Source: Octopus bimaculoides
Lineage: Eukaryota
Direction of reading: 5' to 3'
Assembly: GCF_001194135.2 (NCBI RefSeq)
Contig: NC_068998.1
Span: 8,452,413-8,516,412 of the forward strand
DNA length: 64,000 nt
In this document: positions 11,980-24,451 of the stretch, in pieces
Position numbering within the stretch: the stretch's first letter is position 1
Layout of the letters: each line of letters begins with the position of its first letter
Position numbers and translations under genes: made by a program
The notes under the pieces: model-generated
What the model was told of the DNA's origin: nothing
Seen by the model: only the letters and a program-made list of their open reading frames with translations
The model's database searches: none

Positions 11980-12480
11980 CTATGCGGCCAAACGGACGAC
12001 TGAAGATAGTAACCAAATGTCTCCAAGCGTCTGAAAACATGTCATTATATTTTCGATAATATATAAGTGCAATATGCTTGTTGCGGGGAAATTAATGCTG
12101 TTCACGGCAGCAATATCTTGGATCATAGCTACAACGCTTTTGATCCCACTCAGTCAGGAATGATCTTCGTTTAAAAAGCATCAAAGCAAATCCACCAAAC
12201 AATCGTAACATTAGAAGATAACACAAAACACTGTTAGATATTTAGGTTGATGTTTTTTTCTCTGGTTGTCATCTTGCAAATATGAAGAAAGAAAAACTAA
12301 CATATTGCAGAAAAAAAGAGGATATTTGTTTGTGAAGATATATTGACAGATGTTGCAAGAATGACAAACGATCGGGTTTTAAATTTCATTCTAAGGAAAC
12401 ATAGATGCTGGTGAGATAATTGAGAAAAAATGTACACACATGTGCTTATGAAGAGATGTGCCTATCACTTTCACATTTAT
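11980..12480 (+). mobile_element. Possible highly decayed RTE-clade LINE 3' fragment
   Basis: ILCGQT...SKRLKTCH resembles LLYG.ETW...RL..FH, and DVARMTNDRVLNFIL resembles HVARM..DR.PK.IL. The match is weak and made by eye. Confidence 0.3.
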
Positions 12481-12782
12481 ATACAATATATTGAAATGTC
12501 GAACCAACGAGAGAAACTCCACGTGACCAATAAACTTGTTAGAAATTGCAGGTATATCTTACTGAAATCTCACCATACCGTCTTGAAATGTGTGACGATG
12601 TATAATATAGTCGTTCTTAAAGTATGGTTGAAAAAAAATGGAATTTTCACGGCTGGAATCAGTTTGGTAATAATTCTTCTGAACCAGAAAATGGCAGGAA
12701 CTCAACGATAAAATCCTGTGCTAAATCGTAGTAATTTGAAAAATCATTAGTTAATAATGACTTTACTATTTCGTTTTTTTTT

Positions 12783-13157
12783 TTATCTCTTACTTGTTTC
12801 AGTCGTTACACTGCGGCCTTGCAGGAGCACCGCCTTGAAGGAATTTAGTGGAATGAATCGACCCCGGTACCTTTTTTCTCTTTAAAACCTTGTACTTATT
12901 CTATCGGTTTCGTTTGCCGAACCGCTAGTAAACGGGAACGTAAACATGCCAGCATCGTTTGTCAAGCGGTGATGGTGAACAATTACAGACACAAAAACAA
13001 TCACTCACACACACACACATACATACACAGATATATATATTTCCTTTATATATATACAAAAGGCTTTGTAGAAGACAGTTACCGAAGATGCCATGTAGTG
13101 AGACTGAACCCGAAATCGTGTGGTTAGGAAGCAAATTTCTTACCACACTTCCATGCC
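12783..13157 (-). mobile_element. Full-length SINE family B with internal TA/TG microsatellite
   Basis: Reverse complement of the copies at 19423 and 36652. Confidence 0.9.
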
Positions 13158-13169
13158 TACTCTAATTTG

Positions 13170-13310
13170 TGAGGGTGCGTGGCCTAGTGGTTTGGGCGTT
13201 TTTACTCTCAATCGGAAGACCTTTGTTTCGATTCCTGGAACGGCTGGTAGGTTGTGCTCTTCAGAAAAAGCACTTAATTTCATGCATCTCCACTCCACTC
13301 CACGCATTCA
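13170..13310 (+). mobile_element. Degenerate SINE group A head plus M2 fragment
   Basis: GTGGCCTAGTGGTT A box, GTTTCGATTCC B box and AAAGCACTTAATTTCA. It lies head-to-head with the family B copy. Confidence 0.65.
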
Positions 13311-14883
13311 GAGTGACATAATTCTTTTTCAGTTAAACTGAGTTACATCACTGTTTTTGTTTTAATCGATATCGTATAAATCTCCAGAGACCAAGTTTGA
13401 ACTTTCAATAATCATATCAGTTTTCTAGTCCAACACCAAGACTTCTTGGCAAATGTTCTTTGTAAATGGAAGAGAAAATTTGCCATTTACAAAGTTGTAA
13501 CCATTTTTATATTTTAATGTAAATCGTTCTGTTTGCCAATGTATAATTGAGTGAGATGCAATACGCTATAAAGAACAGGAAAAAATCGAAAGCATAAACA
13601 GCAGAAAACTACGAAACAAATAAAATACTAACGCCTGCTGCAAATACCAAATAATTATCTATTTGCCATCAATCTGCATTAATTGAAATACATAGTTATT
13701 TTATAGAATATATTATTTTTAATAGAAAAAATAACTCAGTGAAAATGCTATAAATGAATAATTTATCCCGTTTTATTTTATATTATGTAGTTAACGTATG
13801 ATTATTTTTTAAATTTAAAATCCATTATTAAAACAACAAAACAGCACACATATATGTGTGTGTGTGTGTGTGATATATAATCAATTATGTTACCTAAGTT
13901 TTAAACCCATTGTCACTGCGTAATCCTTACTTTCACTCATGACATTCAGAAATTTATTTCCCATGTAATTTATTTATAAGCCTTATAAATATGCATCTTC
14001 ACCTCACAGCGAGCTTGCTTGCTACATATACAACATATACAGTATCAGTACTTATGATTCCTAAAAGTTTGAGTCGCCATTATTATTGGTTATATTTCTT
14101 GCCATACTGAACCAAGTGCATTTTTATAAACCTTTATCTTTATTTCGATCTAAACCAAACTTTAAAATACCAATAGTGTGCGTATTCATTTTTAACGCCT
14201 ACCAACAGCCTTGTACGTAAATATGCTAATCACCATTGTTACTCACATTTTCAGAATAACTTCTTCGTTGAGATGATGTATGTTGACAACATACTAGATT
14301 CGGTGATGAAGTAAACATTGTGATTCCAGTGTTTCGACTTCATTTGTCTCTTGAGTCTAATCTAAACTTGCATTTCTGAATCTAAACAAGATTGGTTTAT
14401 GGAATTCATTGTGTTTATAGAATTCAAGATAGAAGTGATGTGCTGATGAGTACTGCTTTCTCCCAAGTCAACAATAAGTTATTACGGTTCAGTAAAACAG
14501 CAAGAATGGAAATGAGATAGATATTTGTCACCACAAGACTCTAAGAAAAATACTTGCTTACCTAAGGGAAGGAACTCATAGCATGTTTGGAAATGGTTCT
14601 TCTTTATCACACAGCCATTCCTAACAAATCTTTTATCATGTTACTGCAATTATCAGAAATACCTCAAATATTTTTTTACATTCTCATCTACCTGTTATTC
14701 AGAATTAGTATAAGAGTGTCCTTCACAAAATCAATCACATGGAACCTTTACGTCGACACTGCCCAACAAATGCGGTTACACAGAGTATATATAAAAGCAA
14801 ATAATGGCGATCAATATTTATCAACTCTGGGAGTAAACATGTAAAATGTAAACAATGCTCAACTTTACAACAATCTAATTTAG

Positions 14884-15025
14884 CTTCAATAACATCAACT
14901 CTGCGTTAGCAAAGCGTTCAAGGTCTCGTGGTCGCTGTTGGAGATGGAAAATCGAGTTGGTACATAATTGATACTATGGAAGCACATTCACGACTAAGGC
15001 TCGAGATGAAGCCATCACTCTACAT
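14884..15025 (+). repeat. Unclassified dispersed repeat of about 142 bp, copy 1
   Basis: Roughly 80% identical by eye to 16223-16365, including GCTGTTGGAGATGGAAAA and GATACTATGGAAGCA. Confidence 0.85.
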
Positions 15026-16137
15026 ACATCGACAAACAAACAACAGATCTCGGAAGATAAAGCTGAAAGAACTGCCTATTTGTTCGAACGTGAAGGCCAC
15101 TAGTTAGGAGCGACTGGTTTCATTTGCAGAAAAAGAGTCACTGGACTCTAGTCATATATAAATATAGTCCAAATAACAGAATTGCTTCTGTTTTACTTAC
15201 TATGGTTGTTCACATTGAAGTTGTTGTTTTAGTGACTGTTATTTGTTGTTGTTTTTTGGGATTTTTTTTTACATGACTGTTAGAGCTCTTTGTCTTATTG
15301 TTGACGAGTGAATGTTGTTTTTTTTTAATTCCAAGTCACAATACATTGAGCAAAATTATGACCACTATCCTCAAACCATAATCATCACGTTCTGCTATTT
15401 CCTGTTGATTGTTCTAATTTGCTTTTCCAAAATACTGTTGGTGTATATCATGTGATATGTGGCTGCTATATTAATCGAGCGACAACTAAAGACTCCCTTA
15501 TTTGTTCTGAAAATGTCCTTTTTGTTACAATCTTTGCTTCTCACTTTCACAATTGCCAAATGCATTCTTATACAAATCATGAAGCAGCAAACTAAATTAA
15601 GTAAAGGAAATTTATGATTTCTTTGATTAACCAAGTTTGGCTTTGCTTTAGAATTCATTAATAAGTCCACAAAGATAGACAACATCAGAAATGTCACATA
15701 ACCACCATGCTGCTAATTATCTCTATGGCTTCACTTACAAATCATAAATCAGTTCCCATGGCCATGCTAATGAAGCCTACAATAACGCTATTATTTGGTC
15801 CTGTCATGTTCTTTGTCCTATGGTTTTCATGAAACAGAGAAGCATGTAATGCCAGTAGGTGGAAACCGAGCATATAATTAGATTATTGGAGCATATTAAA
15901 TAAGTTTTGATACTACTGAGATTTTGCTAAAATAATAGTCTACATTCTACAGTTCTTGATAGAACAAACGAGTCACTTTCCAATATTTTAGCTCAATAGT
16001 ATCCGTTCTTTTCTAAGAATCAGCGTTTTGAGATTATGAAAATATAAAAGGGACTTCTTGTCTATAATCTGTTTTACAAATCTAGATGGATTGGATTTTT
16101 AGTGAAATTAGTTATATATTGGTGCAACTAGGTCCAG

Positions 16138-16470
16138 ACGTCGCTGTCTGGTAAGAAGCTTGCTTCTCAACCACATGATTTCGGGTTCTGTCCCACTGGG
16201 CCACAGCTTGGGCAAGCGTCTACCTCCAATAATATCAACTCTTCTTCGACAAAGCGTTGAAAGTCTTGTGGTTGCTGTTGGAGATGGAAAAGTGGGCTGG
16301 TACATACGTGGATACTATGGAAGCATATTAACGGATAAGGCACGAGGAGAAGCCCTCGCTTTACATAGCGTCGGGCGGACCAAACCTTGTGAGTGAACTT
16401 GGTAAACGGAAACTGGAAGAAGCCCATCGTGTATGTATATACATATATGTGTGTGTGTGTGTGTGTGTGT
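16138..16470 (+). mobile_element. SINE family B 5' half interrupted by a 143-bp insertion (16223-16365)
   Basis: The SINE reads ...CTTGGGCAAGCGTCTA [insert] CATAGCGTCGGGCGGACCAAACCTTGTGAGTG..., colinear with uninterrupted copies. Confidence 0.88.
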
Positions 16471-16670
16471 TCATATAATGATATCTACCAAATGTATTGG
16501 TAAGATAAAACATGTAATCGTTACCAAAATATCAAAACTTCGTCCACAAAGGTCTATAGTAAACTCCTTATGAATCGATCTCCTTGGTTATATATCAAAA
16601 CATTTTAATAAGAGCTTTGACGCTAAATCCATATATATTAAAATTTATTACCTATGTATACATTTCTGTA

Positions 16671-16807
16671 TAAGGGCAAATTCAACTCTTAATTCAAGTT
16701 AAATAAGTAAATTACCTTACACATCCGCAGGGTGTTTACATTTTACCCTGTGGATGTGTAAGGTAATTTACTTATTTAACTTGAATTAAGAGTTGAATTT
16801 GACCTTA
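16671..16807. repeat. 137-bp foldback (63-bp arms, 11-nt loop), probable MITE
   Basis: Arms 16671-16733 and 16745-16807 are reverse complements with 2 differences (one G.T). The outermost bases are TA on both sides. Confidence 0.92.
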
Positions 16808-16843
16808 CATATATATATATATATATATAGTGTGTGTGTGTAG

Positions 16844-17297
16844 TTGGACTGTTTCAAGCTCCGCAGTTAGTTTGGCACTATATGGTGACCATAACTGGGA
16901 ACAGTAGTCTAGGGGGTCGAGAACAAAGGTTCTCCATAGGGTCAACATAACTTCTTGGTCTCTTGTCTTGGAGGATCTCAGTATCCATCCTGTCAGTTGT
17001 CTGCATTTTGCTGCCATCTTGCCTATGTGCATACGAAATGATGCCATATTGCACATGCTGATACCCAAGTCTTTCACTGCCTGTGACTCTGAGATTTTAG
17101 GGCCTTCGGGTCTTGTAAATGTACAGTGTACTGTATTTGTACTGAGTTTATAATGTAGTACTTGAAATTTTCCAGCATTAAACTGCATGTTGTTTATTTC
17201 GGCCCACTTGTATACTGAGTTCAGATCCTGTTGTAAGCTTGTAATATCCTCTTGGTTTTATTACTGCCTGTGATAATTTTGTGTCATCGGCATAGCT
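16844..17297 (-). mobile_element. CR1/L2-group LINE reverse transcriptase fragment
   Basis: SYADDTKLSQAVIKP / EDITSLQQDLNSVYKWAEINNMQFNAGKFQVLHY ... VKDLGI ... GWILRS ... LDYCSQLWSP ... ELETVQ, with one frameshift. Confidence 0.93.
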
Positions 17298-17705
17298 GTG
17301 TTTGTGTGTGTGTTTATGTATGTGCGTTGTGCGTGTGATTTTGTGTGTGTGTGTAAGTGTATGAATGTTAGTATATGTATAAGACATTGAGTGAATTATA
17401 TACATATTATACACACAACTAAATATGATACATGTATACATATATTACACGCACATACGTGAATAAGTATATATGTATATGATATATATACGTTAGACAT
17501 AAACTTACATTGTAATATTGTGATTTTGAGGAAGAGAGAAAGAGAGAGGTAAGACAGAGAAGGTAGAGAGAGGAAAAGAATTACATCAATACGGATGTTA
17601 CATGAAGGAGCTATTCAATTTTCGAGTTTGATACACAAATACATCTGTATACATACACACTCACATATATGTGCGTGTATGTATATAAATATATATATAT
17701 GTATC

Positions 17706-17777
<72 letters not shown>

Positions 17778-18210
17778 GTTCTACCAGCAGTGAAAGCAGT
17801 ATCAATGCAATACAACAATAAAAACAGAAAACAAATGCTACTAATCTATTATTAATATATATATGTGTATGTATGTATGTATGTATACATACATATACAT
17901 ACGTGTGTGTGTGTGTATATATATATATGTATTCTATATATGTATGTATGTGTATATATATACATATATATATATATATGTCTGTGTGTGTATAAAATAT
18001 ATACATTGATTATCTAACAGAAAATAAATAAAAAAGCTGAAAGAATATTTTAATAGAGATGTACATATTCATTGAACATTGCGAAGAATTTTCGTATAAT
18101 TCAATTTCTTTCAATTATATCAGCATTGCCAATACAATGACAACTTGAAAAAGTAGATATTTTGTTTGTTTGCTATGTATACAGGCATATATACATACAT
18201 ATATATATAT

Positions 18211-18246
<36 letters not shown>

Positions 18247-18608
18247 GTATATGTAAGTATGTCTATTAGTTTTCCGTTCTCTTATTTCTTTTAGTAAACC
18301 TCTCTTCTTCTCAAAGACGTTTGGTTATAATTTCAATATTTAAAAATATATAAACTCAGATTACCAATACAATATTGATTATCAAGTAAATGACAATTTA
18401 AATTAACAATTTTCCTTTTATACATTTATCAATAATACAGCGAGTTTTATCTTTTATCAATAACGTAATATCATAATATGGCATATTTGATTATGGAAAT
18501 TTAGATTAAGGGAATAAAAGGAAAAAAAGAAACGAAAAGAAATTAATTCTTCAAGAGATATTTTCATGTCCTTGTCAATAAATTTGTATCCGAGGATACA
18601 TTACACAT

Positions 18609-18665
<57 letters not shown>

Positions 18666-18898
18666 CACATACATAATCTAAACATATAAATATTTGTGTA
18701 CACATAGATACACACATATATATACATGCATGTATAATGTATATGTATGTATGTATGCATGTACTTATGTACGTATATATGCGTTCTTGAGTCTTTACTT
18801 TGTAGACATATCATACACACGTAAACGTAAGTATATAGGTGCTCATGCATATATACAGCTGTATATATATATATATATATATATATATNNNNNNNNNN

Positions 18899-18929
<31 letters not shown>

Positions 18930-19054
18930 CATACGTATATAGATACATATAGATCCATTCACATAATATAACACTGATATTTAACTGCATATATAAACAC
19001 AAACTCACATATATATGTGACGACACACATTAAGTATGCATGTGTAGATAACAT

Positions 19055-19110
<56 letters not shown>

Positions 19111-19422
19111 CTCAACACAAAAATCTGAGTTCCACATCGAAAGGAGGAGAGATACAGTTAACAATTAATTTCCTTTATTGTATTTCGCTTCGGTTTTTTG
19201 TTCTGGAATAAAATTTTCACAGGTGTCATACTCTACATTTATACTTACTCAATATGTCATTGAGGAGCTGTCGAGATATCTGGTGTTGTCACTAAGTGTA
19301 AACATGTCGATACTATCGTTCTTGTTTGTCGCCGTTTCCCGTGGAATCGAGCTGATATGGAATTGATAAAGTATGTTCAAGTCTTTATGTATTCCAAACT
19401 TATGTTTCATTTAATTTCATTT

Positions 19423-19830
19423 GTGGCTGTGTGGCAAGAAGCTTGATTTCCAACCACATGGTTCCCAGTTCAGTCCTACTGCTTGGTACTTTGGGTAAGT
19501 GTCTTTTACGACAGCTTCAGGCCGACCAAAGCCTTGCGGGTGGATTTGGTAGACGGAACTGAAAGAAACCCGTCTTATGAACATATATGTGCGTATCTGT
19601 GTATGTGTGTAACTTTGTATCTGTGTTTGTCCACCCACCATCGCTTGACAACCGCTGTTGATGAGTTTACGTACCCGCAACGTAGCTGATCACCAAAAGA
19701 AACTGATAGAGTAGGTACTAAGCTTACAAGGAATAAATCCTGGGGACTATTTGTTGGAGTAAAACACTTTATGAGTGTGCTCCAGCTTGGCCGCAGTCAA
19801 ATGATTGAGACGAGTAAAAGAATAAAAGAA
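19423..19830 (+). mobile_element. Full-length SINE family B
   Basis: Head GGCTGTGTGGCAAGAAGCTTG, B-box-like CAGTTCAGTCC, internal TA/TG tract, and tail GGCCGCAGTCAAATGA...GTAAAAGAATAAAAGAA. Confidence 0.92.
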
Positions 19831-20016
19831 TATATGGAATTTTTAACATAGATTTTCCGATGGAACACATTGCTAAAAGGATTCGTTATAATTTGGCTCA
19901 TTTCGTCTGTATTTTTTTTACATTATTGACTGCTAATTCGAGGAATTAGCAGTTGAATTAATAAACATATCATCACGTATACACAAAACATTTACTTTTC
20001 AATATAGAAATATATT

Positions 20017-20268
20017 AAGGCGGTGAGCTGGCAGAAACGTTAGCACGTTGGGTGAAATGCTTAGCGGTATTTCGTGTGTCTTTACGTTCTGAGTTCAAAT
20101 TCCGCCGAGGTAGACTTTGCCTTTCGTCCTTTCGGGGTCGATAAATTAAGAACCAGTTGCGTACTGAGGTCGATAAATTAAGAACCAGTTGCGTACTTGG
20201 GTCGATCTAATCGACTGACAAACCTCCCCAAAAATTTCGGGCCTTGTGCCTAGAGTACAAAAGACTAT
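20017..20268 (+). mobile_element. Full-length SINE family C with a 32-bp internal tandem duplication
   Basis: A-box-like GAGCTGGCAGAAACGTTAG and B box GAGTTCAAATTCC. GGTCGATAAATTAAGAACCAGTTGCGTACT starts at both 20136 and 20168. Confidence 0.92.
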
Positions 20269-20280
20269 TCCGCATTTATA

Positions 20281-20350
20281 AAGGCGGCGAGCTGGCAGAA
20301 ACGTTAGCACGCCGGGCGAAATGCTTGGTGGCATTTCGTCTGCCTTTACG
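20281..20350 (+). mobile_element. SINE family C head only, in tandem with the previous copy
   Basis: AAGGCGGCGAGCTGGCAGAAACGTTAGCACGCCGGGCGAAATGC. Confidence 0.9.
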
Positions 20351-20559
20351 TAGATACTACACACGCATGTATGTTGAGAATGAATGCTCAACATGGCATT
20401 AGCGAAAGAATATTCTTTATCTGTGAGTTAACAAGGCCACTAGTATTTTCATATGTAAAAGATCTCTACAATTGCTCAAGCGAACCACTAGTAAGTGTTG
20501 ATACTCGTCTCCATTTTGGATGAGAATATCAAAAGCGTATTCATATATATTTATCTTAT

Positions 20560-20770
20560 ATCGTTTACTCCTCTCCGTCATCAGACTACGACCATGCTGA
20601 TGTAACTCCTTGAAGAATTGTTAGTCGAACAATAGAACCACAATGCTTAGATTTCTTTAAGGCCTGCTACTTATTTTATCGTTTTCTTTGGCCGAACCGC
20701 GAAGCTACAGATTCGTAAACACTCCGACACCGTTTGTCGAGTGATGGTTGGGAGACAAAGACCGACAAAG
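20560..20770 (-). mobile_element. SINE family B 3' half, degenerate
   Basis: TTGGCCGAACCGC...GTAAACAC...CCGTTTGTCGAGTGATGGTTGGGAGACAAA matches 12912-12995. Confidence 0.75.
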
Positions 20771-20861
20771 AGGTACTCATACATTCACACATATATATAC
20801 GCGTGCGCGTGCGTACGTATGTGGAGTGTTTATGTGTGAATGTGTGGGTCTGTGTGTATGC

Positions 20862-20921
<60 letters not shown>

Positions 20922-21221
20922 TCTTCCCTTTTATCTATAGCGCAGTTCATGTAATTTCTAGTCAGTGTTAATGATATATATATTAAGAAGAGATATATTG
21001 TAGTAAAATCAAAGACATTAAATACAGACTGGAGGCATTTCATAGGAAATTTTCATTTTCTTTCTTCATATATTGTTGTAAGCTTAAGAAAATCTTCACA
21101 GGGTTGTTCTGAATAATTTCTTCCGCTATTAACAAGCATTTCGACATTGATCATTTCGACTCTGACGTAAACTATTCCGACGATAGATGTGTGTTGTATT
21201 TAGCAATATTTAAGACTCTAA

Positions 21222-21440
21222 GTGGCTTAGCGGTAAAGATGCTACACTCACGATCGTAAGATCGATGTTTCGATTTGCAGACCATACAGTGAGTTGCGTC
21301 CTGGAACAAGAAAGCCTTTATTTTCACGTAGCTATAACCCATTCAACTGTAAATGAGTTCCAGTAATGCCTGGAGAAATAACCTGGGGACTGGTGGTCTT
21401 GTGTTCAAATCCCTGTCACTTTTAGACCATGGAAACCGGG
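21222..21440 (+). mobile_element. Degenerate SINE group A (M2 + T2-like remnant)
   Basis: GTGGCTTAGCGGT, CACGATCGTAAGATCG, TTTTCACGT and GGAAACCGGG. Confidence 0.6.
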
Positions 21441-21543
21441 CTTACTACAGGTCCCTTGTCTCCGGAGCTTACGTTCAGGTTCTGATAATTTATTATAGCA
21501 AACCTTTCCAAGGTCTACATATCAACATGGTCTACATTTATCA

Positions 21544-22030
21544 ATATTTAAGACGGTAACAAGGGAGCAAAGTAACAGAATCGTTAGCACAACCAACAAA
21601 ATATTTAGCAGCATTTCGTCTGTCTTTATGCTCTGAGTTTAAATTTCGCCAAGGTCGACTTTGCCTCTCATCAATTCGGGAGAGATAAAATAAGTACCAG
21701 TTGAACATTGGGGTCCATGTAATCGATCTAGCCCTTCCTCCGAAAGTGCTTGCTTTGTGCCAAAATTTGAAACCGATATTTAAGACGGTAACAAGGCGGA
21801 AAGGTAGTAGAATCGTTAGCGTACCGAACAAAATGCTTTGTGGGGTTTCGTCCGTCTTTACATTCTGGGTTCAAATTCCGCCGAGATAGACCTTGCCTTC
21901 GATTCCTTCGAGATCGTTAAAATAATTGTCAAATTAAGCACTACGATCGATGTAATCAACTTATCTCATCTCTCGAAATTGCTGGTCTTGTGCCAAAATT
22001 TGAAACCAATATTTACGACAGTAAGAGAGT
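21544..22030 (+). repeat. Head-to-tail array of two SINE C units (period 232-233 bp) with three copies of a junction sequence
   Basis: ATATTTAAGACGGTAACAAGG is identical at 21544 and 21776. A degenerate copy, ATATTTACGACAGTAAGAGAG, starts at 22009. Confidence 0.9.
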
Positions 22031-22256
22031 GATGAGAAAGCAGTTTAGTAAAGAACAGTAGCTATCTTACTCAGATTATATCCATATTGTCTTTCCTTGC
22101 AACTAAAAATACAAGAAAGCGTAGGCACGCCAGTCAAACGAAGCAGGCTGTCTCTACGGTGTCGATCAATGTGCTAAAAATAGCAGTAATTTTACTTCAA
22201 ATTACAGCGTCCATCTTAAAAAAAGGTATAATGCACATCATTATTTAGTTTACAAT

Positions 22257-22465
22257 GAGGCCGCGAGATGGCACAATCGTTAGCATGCTGGACGAAATAC
22301 TTAGCGATGTTTCACTCGTTGCTACTTTCGGAGTTCAAGTTCCGCCTAGATCGACTCTGAATTTCTTTCCTTTCGGATTCGATAAATTAAGTACCAGTTG
22401 ATTACTGGGGTCGATGTAAACGACTTAACTCCTCCGCCCCGCCAAATTTCAGGCCTTTCGACTGG
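22257..22465 (+). mobile_element. SINE family C, full length, degenerate
   Basis: GAGTTCAAGTTCCGCC ... TTCGATAAATTAAGTACCAGTTG ... GGGGTCGAT. Confidence 0.85.
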
Positions 22466-22487
22466 CATTTCCCTGTATCGTGTGACT

Positions 22488-22800
22488 TCTCTGTTTTGTT
22501 TTTCTATTTGTTTCAGATATTGGACTGTGGCCATGCTGGGGCATCGCCTCGAAGTGCTTCGTTGACCAAGTCTTCGAGAGAACTTATTTTCAAGTCTAGT
22601 AGGAGTAAACAAAACGACATTTGCTGAAAAGCGATAGGGAGTCGAACAAAAAAATAATTAAAAAAACAGACACATACATAATACACACACATAAACAAAC
22701 CAACACACACACACTCACACAAAACAGACTTCCAAACAGTTTCACTTGAATCAAACTCATTCATATGGTGTTGGTCGTCCTGAGACTACAGTAAACGAAG
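22488..22800 (-). mobile_element. SINE family B, degenerate; tail-to-tail with the preceding SINE C
   Basis: TTGTTTCAG...GACTGTGGCCATGCTGGGGCATCGCC plus an internal (CA)n. Confidence 0.75.
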
Positions 22801-23412
22801 CTAGCCAGAGATCCGACATTGTGTGTGCATTTTACGCTTAGTCACTTGAAGATTATATAGCGAAACCAAATCTAGGGTACTCTCAGCCACTTACTATATA
22901 GAAAACTTCATATATATTTACATTCAGCCAGGCAGAGAAACATTCATTTATCCAAACCTATGAAATTTCTATTCATTATTGTTTTATATGCGTTATCGTT
23001 TTTCCATTATTACAATAGTGGAAAGGATTCGGTTACAGCAATTGATATTATGGGATAAAACTCTTCCTGTTGGTACCAATTCAACCATGATATAAGAGAT
23101 TGGACCTGTTTTGTGTGTGTTACTCTTGTGTAAGCTAGGATAGCTTAGTCACAGAGAGCATAATAAAATCAGCGATAGTAAAAGGCTTGAACATACAACA
23201 ATGTGGTTTGCAGCCCAGCTACAAAATATACGAATGTATTCATTTATAATTTCATGCATACATGCATTCATGCATATGTACACTGTTCTATATTTACATA
23301 TATGCATATGTATGTGGGTACGTACATAGGAGAATACATGTTGGAAGCATGCAGGATTCATTAACGTATACATACAGAATATGAAGATCAGTCTTTATGC
23401 ATACAAATTCGC

Positions 23413-23445
<33 letters not shown>

Positions 23446-23612
23446 AGAGAGAGAAAGAGAGAGATATATAAATATATATATTAATATATAGAAAGATATA
23501 AATGTACATATGGGTGTGGGTGCCATGTGTGTATTAGTGTGGGGATGTGCGGGTGTATGTATGTGATTCTCTATGTACGTGTGTATGTATATGTATACAC
23601 ACATATATGTAC

Positions 23613-23712
<100 letters not shown>

Positions 23713-23982
23713 ATATACATATATGCACGGAAGCACACAGGTATATTTGCATAAAAACGCACACACGCATATTCATGCATAAGCTTAGAAAATTTATACT
23801 TAAGTATGCATACGTACACATCAAACACCGATCGATCGAGCTATCTGTCCATATATGCATCTATCAAGGAATCCAGCCACACGCACATACATACATACAT
23901 ACACACGTACACGAATATATGTACACATACATACATGCTTATATGCAAGCATACCTTCATACACACGCACATACTGACATTT

Positions 23983-24020
<38 letters not shown>

Positions 24021-24030
24021 NNNNNNNNNN

Positions 24031-24066
<36 letters not shown>

Positions 24067-24359
24067 TTACACACATATATGCTATTATACAAATTTCCAG
24101 AATTCTGACCTGTGCCACATGCATGCACACAGCTATTTCTATGCACTCATGCAAATGTCAAAACATAGATTCGCAGGCACAATTTCATGCACGCATGCAA
24201 ATATGCATATGTACAGGTGCATACGTGCATACATAACTAACGTGTTGGTTTTGCAGAAATTGCAACCAAAGAGAGATCTTTTTTTTTTCTATTATACTTT
24301 TCTTAAAATATTTGAGAATTGAAAACAGAACATCATGTGTGTGCATATATATATATATA

Positions 24360-24451
<92 letters not shown>

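Noticed and set aside
21544-22030. CRISPR-like repeat-spacer layout
   Set aside because: Only three junctions, the spacers are homologous SINE copies of about 210 bp, there are no cas genes, and the context is eukaryotic.
22170-22230. Faint recurring motif (GCTAAA...TCAAAT.AC...GTCTTAAAAAA) also near 12565, 51975 and 60205
   Set aside because: Probably an old repeat family, but too diverged to delimit or classify by eye.
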